This document shows, one piece after another, positions 44,988-52,766 of a stretch of DNA of 64,000 nt. Within the stretch, counting starts at the first letter, position 1, and the number at the start of each line of letters is the position of its first letter. Location of the stretch: positions 480,001 to 544,000 of the forward strand of contig CAWDDT010000009.1 in NCBI GenBank assembly GCA_963801165.1, given 5' to 3'. Under the pieces are notes generated by a model that was given only the letters and a program-made list of their open reading frames with translations, did no database searches and was not told the DNA's origin. The stretch is from an uncultured bacterium. GTDB lineage: Bacteria; Actinomycetota; Acidimicrobiia; Spongiisociales; UBA5794. Both the position numbers and the translations under genes were made by a program.

Positions 44988-46013
44988 ATGGAGAAAGCCC
45001 GCTGGACTACCCACATCGGCAGCTCTACCTGTCCCCAGTGTGGCGAAGTAGCGGTCTCCGCGACGCACCCTGGGACGTGGCGACGGCTCTGGCGCCGGTT
45101 TGCCTTTGCAGAGGGGGTCGGGACGACCCTGACCTGTGGCAACGGCCACACCTGGGGTGCGGGCAGCTCCAGGGGCTACCACGAACGTCGCCTGCGGAGA
45201 GGCCGGCGCGCCTTCAAAGCGGTGCGGATCTTCGGCATGGTCAGACGGAGCCGGGCGATGACGCCGTTTCCCCTCACCTACCTGATGGCGATGGTGCTTG
45301 GTGTTGGCATCGGTGTTGTGGTCGACGTCTTGGGACCGGTGCCGTGGTGGCTGGTGACGGTGCTGGTGGTTGCCGCCGTGTGGCTGTTCTTCATGTCGAC
45401 GGCGTTCTGGGGTCCATATCGTCTACGACGGGCTGACTGGTTGCAGTTGACAGATCCACCACGTGCCCGCACCGAGGCGTACGCAGCGATCGCCCGGGCT
45501 GTCGGGGACGGGGAGCTCAAACCGTACGCCCTCGTTGGCTGGTCCGGGACTGCGTCACTTGGTGGATGGGGCAGGGGGCACGGCGGTTGGCATACGATCT
45601 CGCTCCGGTTCCGCGACGCTGGCGACGACCGTCGCTGGGTGGAGGTTGAGACAACCGTGGGGTCACATCCTGAGCCGTCGGAACTGCGCAAGAGGGGCCT
45701 CGCCGAGAACCTCGTCGCCCAGATCCCGGACATTCCCTCATTTGGCAGCAGCCAAGAGGCGCAAGCTTGGCATGCCAGACGCCGCCGTGATTACGAGCAT
45801 CGGCTCGCCACCCTGAAGTGGCAGCTCAGGCAGATAGTCGTCAACGGTGCGGTGGTCGGAGCTGAGGTAGCAAGCGTCGACGACGGCGTCGCCGTGTCTG
45901 CCGAGCATGACGGGGTTGTTATCCAGATCCTCGCCAGAAACGTCGCTGTCGGCGAGATCAAGCTGGCGCCAGTCCGGGATCTCGCACCCTACCTCGAGAA
46001 CATAGACTCCTAG
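44988..46013 (+). CDS. Hypothetical protein: Zn-ribbon-like N-terminus, two TM helices, soluble C-domain
   Basis: CPQCG...CGNGH; two hydrophobic helices; CAGAAT 6 nt before the ATG. Confidence 0.6.
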   Translation: MEKARWTTHIGSSTCPQCGEVAVSATHPGTWRRLWRRFAFAEGVGTTLTCGNGHTWGAGSSRGYHERRLRRGRRAFKAVRIFGMVRRSRAMTPFPLTYLMAMVLGVGIGVVVDVLGPVPWWLVTVLVVAAVWLFFMSTAFWGPYRLRRADWLQLTDPPRARTEAYAAIARAVGDGELKPYALVGWSGTASLGGWGRGHGGWHTISLRFRDAGDDRRWVEVETTVGSHPEPSELRKRGLAENLVAQIPDIPSFGSSQEAQAWHARRRRDYEHRLATLKWQLRQIVVNGAVVGAEVASVDDGVAVSAEHDGVVIQILARNVAVGEIKLAPVRDLAPYLENIDS

Positions 46014-46021
46014 ACGCCGGC

Positions 46022-47425
46022 TTACGCCCCGATGTCCTCCAGCCACTTCTCGGTGGACTCGATGTCCGTCAGGTTCGAATTCCACAGGGGGGCACGTTCC
46101 GGGTGATAGCGGGAGCCGATCGGGATCGAGTACTCGCCATGATCGTCGTACGTGCGTTCCCGTCCCAGGAGGCGGCGGAACACGGTCAGCGCCTCATCGC
46201 GATCTGCAACGGGCTGACCGTCGTAGATCCGACCCGAGAACATGTCGAGAACCTGCTCGCGGTACTTGCGATGGGCCATGTAGGCGAACGCAAGCGGGTT
46301 CTCCCAGAAGGTGTCGATCATGTCCTCGACCATGTCGATGGCACGCTCTGTGTGGTGCATGTAATCCCGGAACGGATCGTCTGAGTCCCGGCCCTTGCCG
46401 TCGAGCCAGCCCATGACCTGGTCCACGGCCAGCCCGGCCTCTTTCATCGCCACGTAGAGGCCGAATGAGAAGATCGGGTCGACAAATCGATGCGAGTCGC
46501 CGATGCACATGTAGCCGGGGCCTGCGAACTTGCGCACCTGCAGTGAATAGTTGGGGACGACGTGTGGTGGCTCCACCAACTCGAACTCATCCGGGACACG
46601 GCTGGCGAGTCCGCTGTTCATCGTCTTCAGCTCATGCTTGATGAACTCGGCCTGATCCATCCCGCTGTCGCGGAAGTACTTGGCGGGCACCACGACACCG
46701 ACGCTCGTGACATCGGTGTCGAGTGGTATCGCCCATGCCCAGTGATACTTCTTCTTGTAGAAGATGTGAGTGTTGCCGGAGCCGTGCTCGCGGTCGCTTC
46801 CGTCGTTGCGACGGTATGAATCGATCTGGGCGAACAGGGCGATTTGCTTGTCGTACGAGCCCTTGTACTTGGGCCCCGTTGCCCCGCGGTTGGCGAGGAA
46901 GGTCGCCTGTCCCGAGCAGTCGAGAGTCATCTCGGCCCGGATGTCGATCTCCCTGGTGCCACCATTGCTACCAACGGCGACCCGGGCGCCCTGCACGACG
47001 CCGTTCTCATCCACTAACGGGTCGATTGCCCGGCCGTCGACCAGCTCTGCTCCGCTGTTGATGGCCTTGTCCAACAGAAGCTGATCGAATTCGCTGCGCT
47101 TCACTGAGTAGGTATGGATCTCGTGCAGCACTTTGTCCTCGGTGCGCTGCATGACAGGGACCCACCAGTTGGAGCCGCCCTTGGTGCCGAAGACGTTGAC
47201 GCCGTGTTTGATTGTGTGGTTGCTCTCGGTGAGCTGTTCGTCAATGCCGAGTTCACGAACGATCGAACCGCCCTCACCGGTCATTGCCTCGCCCACGTGG
47301 AACCGCGGGAACTTCTCCCGCTCAACGATCACGGGCTTGACGCCCTGTGCGAGCAGCCTGAGCGCAGCGGTGGCCCCTGCAGGGCCCCCACCGATTATCA
47401 AGACATCTTGCTTATCCATCCCCAT
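46022..47425 (-). CDS. Flavin-dependent halogenase family protein
   Basis: IIGGGPAG, FPRFHVGE, IKHG (catalytic-Lys position), RSEFDQLL, DCSG, WAWAIPL (WxWxIP), GD..RFVDPIFSFG. Confidence 0.82.
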   Translation of the reverse strand: MGMDKQDVLIIGGGPAGATAALRLLAQGVKPVIVEREKFPRFHVGEAMTGEGGSIVRELGIDEQLTESNHTIKHGVNVFGTKGGSNWWVPVMQRTEDKVLHEIHTYSVKRSEFDQLLLDKAINSGAELVDGRAIDPLVDENGVVQGARVAVGSNGGTREIDIRAEMTLDCSGQATFLANRGATGPKYKGSYDKQIALFAQIDSYRRNDGSDREHGSGNTHIFYKKKYHWAWAIPLDTDVTSVGVVVPAKYFRDSGMDQAEFIKHELKTMNSGLASRVPDEFELVEPPHVVPNYSLQVRKFAGPGYMCIGDSHRFVDPIFSFGLYVAMKEAGLAVDQVMGWLDGKGRDSDDPFRDYMHHTERAIDMVEDMIDTFWENPLAFAYMAHRKYREQVLDMFSGRIYDGQPVADRDEALTVFRRLLGRERTYDDHGEYSIPIGSRYHPERAPLWNSNLTDIESTEKWLEDIGA

Positions 47426-47608
47426 TTTCACCGTGCTCCGTTGCGGCTTTGAACGCGGAAGAGATCGCCCCACGGCTTCCTCCCTCGGTCGGGACTATAG
47501 AGGACAGATCGCGGGTCCAACAGAGTCGTTTTTCCCCCCGCCCTCTGATGGGTCATGTCCCCGTTTCGCTCTTGACGCGTCCGATAGTCTGACTCGCCAG
47601 ATGGGAGG

Positions 47609-48859
47609 ATGTCTTTGGGGACAATGACAAGCAGCGGACTGACTGCGTACTTCCTGTTGGATGTCGTTCTCATCCTGATTGCTGCCCGAATCGTCGGCTC
47701 GGCGTTTACACGCATTGGCCAGCCACGTGTTGTGGGGGAAATAGTGGCCGGGATCCTGCTTGGCCCGACCTTCCTGGGTGACCGGGTGCTCGACTTGTTT
47801 CCCGCTCCCTCTCAGGCGGTCCTCGCCAACCTCGGTCAGGTGGGGCTGCTGTTCCTCATCTTCCTGTCAGCTCTGGAGATCGACCTCGATCTGCTCAGGA
47901 GGCACATGTTCAGTGTCGTGTCGATCGGCGTGGGTGTAGTGGCGGTTCCCTTGCTCGCCGGGTACCTGATCAGTCCCATGCTCGCCAACGACACCTTCCA
48001 GGTGCCGGGTACCTCAGCAGCAGGATTCGGATTGTTTGTTGGTGCGATGCTTGCCATCACGGCTCTTCCTGTGATGGCCCGGATCTTCCAGGAAAAGCAA
48101 GTCACTACATCCCGGATCGCAGCGATCAGCCTCGCGGCCGCCGCGGTGTGCACCGTTCTGATGTTCGTCGCCAGCTCCGTCGCGTCCTCCATTTCTACCC
48201 ACGAGAGCACGGTGCAGATTCTCGGAGAGGTGGCTCTGGTCGCTGGCTACCTGCTGGCTATGTTCGCGGTCGTCAGGCCATTGGCGAAGCGGCTGATGAA
48301 ACACCACGCCGATGAGGTCTCAACCGGGGATTTTGTGGCCGTGTTGATCGTGGCGATCGGCTCCGGGTACGTTGCCCACCTGCTCGGATTGACCGTGATC
48401 GTCGGCGGCTTTGTGGCAGGGTTGATTCTTCCCAGACGTCGCATTCTCTTTCAATTGCTGGACGGCCGGCTCGGGGAGCTGACATCGGCGATTCTGCTTC
48501 CGATATTCCTCGCCGTTTCCGGTCTGGCGACTGACTTCAGGCTCCTTTCTCGTTCGGCTTTCGGTGGTTTGCTTGTGTTGCTCGTCGTCGCGGTCGCTTC
48601 GAAATGGATCGGCGGGGCCGTCTTCGCCAGGTTTGGCGGTATCAGCTGGGCGGAGGGCAATGTCGTGGGCGCTCTGATGAACTGCCGTGGGCTGTTGGTG
48701 CTCGTGGTTGCACTCGGCGGAGTCCAGGGTGGGGTCATCACCCCCGTCCTCCAACTCGGCGCCGTTCTGGTGGCTCTTGTCACCACCGCCATGACCGGGC
48801 CTCTGTTCGATCGCTTTATGCAGCGGTTGCCTGAGCCAGATCCTGTTTCGCAACCGTGA
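47609..48859 (+). CDS. Cation:proton antiporter (CPA2)
   Basis: GQPRVVGEIVAGILLGP, ITALPVMARI, LP.F...GL.TD, ALMNCRGL; start 47609 or 47624. Confidence 0.9.
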   Translation: MSLGTMTSSGLTAYFLLDVVLILIAARIVGSAFTRIGQPRVVGEIVAGILLGPTFLGDRVLDLFPAPSQAVLANLGQVGLLFLIFLSALEIDLDLLRRHMFSVVSIGVGVVAVPLLAGYLISPMLANDTFQVPGTSAAGFGLFVGAMLAITALPVMARIFQEKQVTTSRIAAISLAAAAVCTVLMFVASSVASSISTHESTVQILGEVALVAGYLLAMFAVVRPLAKRLMKHHADEVSTGDFVAVLIVAIGSGYVAHLLGLTVIVGGFVAGLILPRRRILFQLLDGRLGELTSAILLPIFLAVSGLATDFRLLSRSAFGGLLVLLVVAVASKWIGGAVFARFGGISWAEGNVVGALMNCRGLLVLVVALGGVQGGVITPVLQLGAVLVALVTTAMTGPLFDRFMQRLPEPDPVSQP

Positions 48860-48930
48860 TGGGGTAGCCGGAGAGCGGGCCCGGTCGGCTACAGACTCGA
48901 TCGACGGCGCCGTCGTTTAGCATCGGTAGC

Positions 48931-49755
48931 GTGAATACCACCCTTCTCCATGTGATCTGTGACTACGCGCCCGATGGCCTAGAGTTCGCTGAGATCAAGA
49001 CCCGGTTCCATGCAACGCTCGCCACCCCGGGCTCGGTGCACATTCACCATACGGCTACGCCGCCACTCGACACCATCGCGGTTGGATTTGCCACGGCTCA
49101 GCTCGGTCTTGGCCCGAAGACATCACGGATGGTGATATTCGGCAACTCAGCACCACGCCGGGACCAGGATGCAGAATCGACCGAGAACCGGGGCCGCGGT
49201 CTTCGGTACGCCAGGCTCGACAACGGCGCAGAAGTGGTCAGCGTCGCCTCGGAGTACACGTTCAGCTTCATCAAGGACCATATTGTCGAATATCGCGATA
49301 TTGATAGCCCGGCGAGCGGGTCCCAGTTCCGGTCGCGTGACTTCTTCCCGACCTACGTGTCTGCAATTATCGATGGCGACTACTCGGCGCTCACCGACGT
49401 CCTCGACCCGGCCGACATCGAAGACGTGCCGTCGCATCGGGTGGCCTGGACCGACGGGTTTGGCAACATCAAGACCACCGTGCGCAAGTCTCACCTCGCC
49501 ACCGCCGGGCTCCACACCGGTGACCGGGTACTGGTCACCCTGAACGGTGTCACACTGGCGGGTGTGATCTCCGACGGTGGCTTCACCGTTCCCCGGGGCG
49601 TACTCGCCGTGAACGCAGGCTCTTCCGGATTCGGCGACCCCTTCGTCGAACTGTTTCTCCGGGTCCATCACATGAGCGAGAAGACGGCGGCGGTCCGTTT
49701 CGACCGGCCGGCCGGCGGCACCCCGCTGGAGATAGAGCCGCTGCGGAGTCTGTAG
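48931..49755 (+). CDS. SAM-dependent halogenase / SAM hydroxide adenosyltransferase (DUF62)-fold protein, divergent
   Basis: VICDY, QFRSRDFFP, WTDGFGNIKT, GSSG...VEL......AA..F; -10 TAGCAT 7 nt before the GTG. Confidence 0.75.
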   Translation: MNTTLLHVICDYAPDGLEFAEIKTRFHATLATPGSVHIHHTATPPLDTIAVGFATAQLGLGPKTSRMVIFGNSAPRRDQDAESTENRGRGLRYARLDNGAEVVSVASEYTFSFIKDHIVEYRDIDSPASGSQFRSRDFFPTYVSAIIDGDYSALTDVLDPADIEDVPSHRVAWTDGFGNIKTTVRKSHLATAGLHTGDRVLVTLNGVTLAGVISDGGFTVPRGVLAVNAGSSGFGDPFVELFLRVHHMSEKTAAVRFDRPAGGTPLEIEPLRSL

Positions 49756-49765
49756 CTCGATCGGG

Positions 49766-52627
49766 TCAGGATCTCGAGAGCTGGAAACCCGAGTCGGATA
49801 CTCTGAAATCGACGAAACGGGCCATCGCGTTAGGTGGTTCCTCCACGAGGGTCTGCTTGATCCGCACGGCCGCCTCGGCCGATTTGGCCAGGATCAGCAG
49901 GTAGCCGCCGCCACCTGCCCCGAGGAGCTTGTACCCCAAGGCATAGTCATCGATCTTCCTTGTGATGGCGCGGATGGAAGGCGGGTTGGTACCCGGGTCG
50001 AGCCGCTGGTTGAGCTCCCAGGAGTGGCGGACCCGTTCCGACAGTCCCTGGTAATCGTTGCGGAGCAGGACCTCGAACGTGTCCCGGGCGTGTTGTTTCA
50101 TCTCCGAGAATATGGCGAGGTGCTTTGCGGAGTTCAGGAACATGGACTTGACTATCTCGCCGAGGATGTCCCTGGCCACCCGGGTCACCCCCGTGTAGTA
50201 CAGCAGCATCCTGGTCCGGTCCTCGGGCCGGTCGAAGAGCTGACCGGGCAGCCACTTGATCGCAGGCTCCTGGCGGATCCCCGCTTCGGTCTCCAGTAGC
50301 TTTACCCCTTCGAAGATCCCCCCGTACTGGTCCTGCCACCCTCCTCCTGTTGTCAGCATCTGCTCCAGGATCAGGGTCCGGTAGGCGACCTGGTGCCGGT
50401 CCCAGCTCAGACCGCAGAATTCCGAGAGCGTGCCCAATACCGTCGCGGCGAGGTTCGAGCTCGTCCCCAGCCCGGAACCTTTGGGAACGGCCGCCAACAG
50501 CGACATCTCGACACCGCCGCCAAATTCGTTCAACTGTTCTTCCAGGTCTCGGAAGTGCCCACGGCTGAAAGTAGGGCCGAAGCCTGCCAGCACCAGGGCG
50601 GCCATGGGGATGGAGAAGGTCCCGCCGAGTTGCCGATAGCGCTGTAGCTCTTCGAAGCTGTTGATCTCGAGCGTCTGTCCCTGGTCGATGGATCGAAGGA
50701 CGATCTTGGGCTTCGCCAGCGGCCGGGCATAGACCTGCAGAGGCAGTTGCCCGTTGAGCTCCACAGCCAGATTCACGACTGTCCCGCCTGCCATGATGCA
50801 GTAGGGCGGGGTGTCGGTCCATCCTCCGGCGAGGTCGAGGCGCACCGGGCTCCTCCCCCAGAGGATCTGGTCGTCGAGTAAGCAGCGAGCCGGTTCCAAG
50901 GGCTCTGCAGCCAGCGTTTTGATCATCTCTTCTCGCAGGAGGGAGAACGCGCGGTCTTCGTACCGGCGGGATTCCTTCTCCTCCGATGCACAGCGAGCCC
51001 GGAACATGTGGTCGTTGATCCTCGTCAGGAAATCCTCCTCAACGGCCGGTTCCGGGGGTAGGGGAAGGGAGGCTTCCCGGAAGTCCCGGGCCGCCTTCTC
51101 CAGGTCGAGGTGGTAGAACACACTACGTGACCGGTTGGCTGCGAGTCTGGTGAGGGAACCCAGGAGAAGCCGGTGCCTCTGTTCGAGGATACGGGGAATA
51201 TCCACCGCACCCGCCAGCTCACGGCTCGAGATGCGCGGGAGTTCCAACCAGCTTTGCCCGCGCCCTTCGGCTCGGGTCATGACACGCAGGAGCCCCGGGA
51301 TCTCATCCAGGGTGCAAAGGGGGAAAAGGGGCTGGTCGTACATGGAAGCGGCTCCCTCCAGGCCCGCCTCCCCGGCCTCCAGACCCCGGTCGGCCAGCCA
51401 GACCGAGACCGGCTGCCCCAACCAGGCATCGTCCTCCCGGCTTCCCTTGAACTGGTCATCGAATCCGTAGACCTGCAAGGCAAATCGGCCATCCTTCATG
51501 GGCGCGACGTTGATGCAGACGCCCGGGTCGAGCTCGATCGACCAGTCGTTCTCGGGTACGCCGGTGAGTACATGGTGATTGCTCAGCGTCCAGGTAGCCG
51601 GGATCACGCTGTTCTCGATCCAGATGTGATGGTGGTGCTTGCCGAAACTCTGGTCGACCGTGGCATTCTGCAGGAAGACCGAGGGATGGTGATTGGTACC
51701 GGTGCCCGAATGGAGACGCTGGTCAACAACCCGATTCTGGAGCCTGAGGCAGGAATCAAGCAGGTCGCGTGTGCTCCCGAAATGGTAGAACTCGCCATGG
51801 TCGATCGGGTGTAGCTTGACCGTCAGGTCGGCGAGCGTTCCATCGGTGGCAGAAGCCTCCGCGCCGAACGATGTGAGCATGTCTCCGTACAGATCGTAGA
51901 AGCCGGGAGGTTGGTCCCCGAAGCCATCCGCCGGGTCCCACCCACTGCGCTCCATCAATACGAGCGTAGCTTTCGGGCTCAGCAGCACGATCCCGGAATC
52001 CATGAGATAGAGGTATTCCCGGGCGTATCCCTGCAACTCCTCCATGGTGGGTTTTTGCCTGACAAATGCCAGGTCGGCCGGCTGTTTGCGGGGGCTGAAG
52101 AAGACCCCGTGCCGGGTAGCCACGTCCTCCTCGACCCACACGCCGAAAAGCAGGATGTCGGCTTCGGGCAAGTCTCCAAAAGCGTCCCTGGTGATAAAGA
52201 GCGTGTCACCGCTTCCGATCAACAGGCCATAGGACGCCGGCGCCTTCTTCAGGATGCGGCGGCAGAAGGCCTCCTGGAAGTCGAGCAGATCCTGGTCGAG
52301 GTACTGGCCCTTCGCCCAGCGGAACACCGGCACGGGCAGGAGGGACTTCCCAATCGGGGCATATGATGGCAGCCGCCTGCTCTCTCCCCCGGAATGGATC
52401 ACCAACCGTTGCTGCTCGGTCAACCAGTTGCTGAAGTCCTGATCGGTACCGCTCTCCCGGAAGGCTTCCCAGAGCAGGTGCGCCGTGCCGCCACCCGACC
52501 CCAGCCCCTTGCCCGGGGGATCGGAGGTGCAGAACCAGGAGGAGCGGTCCCTGTCCCCACCCGGTGCGGCGGTCTGGAAATGGGGCACCATGGCCGGGGG
52601 CAGACTGATGAGCCGCTGTACTGACAT
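49766..52627 (-). CDS. fkp: Bifunctional fucokinase / fucose-1-phosphate guanylyltransferase
   Basis: DPPGKGLGSGGGT, HSGGESRRLPSY, PVFRW..GQ, GEFYHFG, RSPVRLDLAGGWTDTPP, PKGSGLGTSS, TTGGGWQDQ, KLLGAGGGG. Confidence 0.95.
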   Translation of the reverse strand: MSVQRLISLPPAMVPHFQTAAPGGDRDRSSWFCTSDPPGKGLGSGGGTAHLLWEAFRESGTDQDFSNWLTEQQRLVIHSGGESRRLPSYAPIGKSLLPVPVFRWAKGQYLDQDLLDFQEAFCRRILKKAPASYGLLIGSGDTLFITRDAFGDLPEADILLFGVWVEEDVATRHGVFFSPRKQPADLAFVRQKPTMEELQGYAREYLYLMDSGIVLLSPKATLVLMERSGWDPADGFGDQPPGFYDLYGDMLTSFGAEASATDGTLADLTVKLHPIDHGEFYHFGSTRDLLDSCLRLQNRVVDQRLHSGTGTNHHPSVFLQNATVDQSFGKHHHHIWIENSVIPATWTLSNHHVLTGVPENDWSIELDPGVCINVAPMKDGRFALQVYGFDDQFKGSREDDAWLGQPVSVWLADRGLEAGEAGLEGAASMYDQPLFPLCTLDEIPGLLRVMTRAEGRGQSWLELPRISSRELAGAVDIPRILEQRHRLLLGSLTRLAANRSRSVFYHLDLEKAARDFREASLPLPPEPAVEEDFLTRINDHMFRARCASEEKESRRYEDRAFSLLREEMIKTLAAEPLEPARCLLDDQILWGRSPVRLDLAGGWTDTPPYCIMAGGTVVNLAVELNGQLPLQVYARPLAKPKIVLRSIDQGQTLEINSFEELQRYRQLGGTFSIPMAALVLAGFGPTFSRGHFRDLEEQLNEFGGGVEMSLLAAVPKGSGLGTSSNLAATVLGTLSEFCGLSWDRHQVAYRTLILEQMLTTGGGWQDQYGGIFEGVKLLETEAGIRQEPAIKWLPGQLFDRPEDRTRMLLYYTGVTRVARDILGEIVKSMFLNSAKHLAIFSEMKQHARDTFEVLLRNDYQGLSERVRHSWELNQRLDPGTNPPSIRAITRKIDDYALGYKLLGAGGGGYLLILAKSAEAAVRIKQTLVEEPPNAMARFVDFRVSDSGFQLSRS

Positions 52628-52737
52628 AGCATGCGTTTTAGCCGGGCAGTCCCGCCCTGTCCAAAGCGTTTGGGCTAGACGCCTACGGCGTCGCGCGGGG
52701 CAAGTGCCTGCCCGCGTGCGCCGGGCCCGGTAGTTCC

Positions 52738-52759
52738 TGTCACCGCCTGCCCGTATCCT
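52738..52759 (+). promoter_or_regulatory. RecA-NDp/PafBC-like leaderless promoter of the helicase
   Basis: TGTCAC-N10-TATCCT, then 7 nt, then GTG. Confidence 0.5.
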
Positions 52760-52766
52760 GCGCGAT

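Noticed and set aside
47426-47623. Fluoride riboswitch near the halogenase/antiporter
   Set aside because: No GAUGG..UC.CC / CUGAUGAC consensus visible on either strand.
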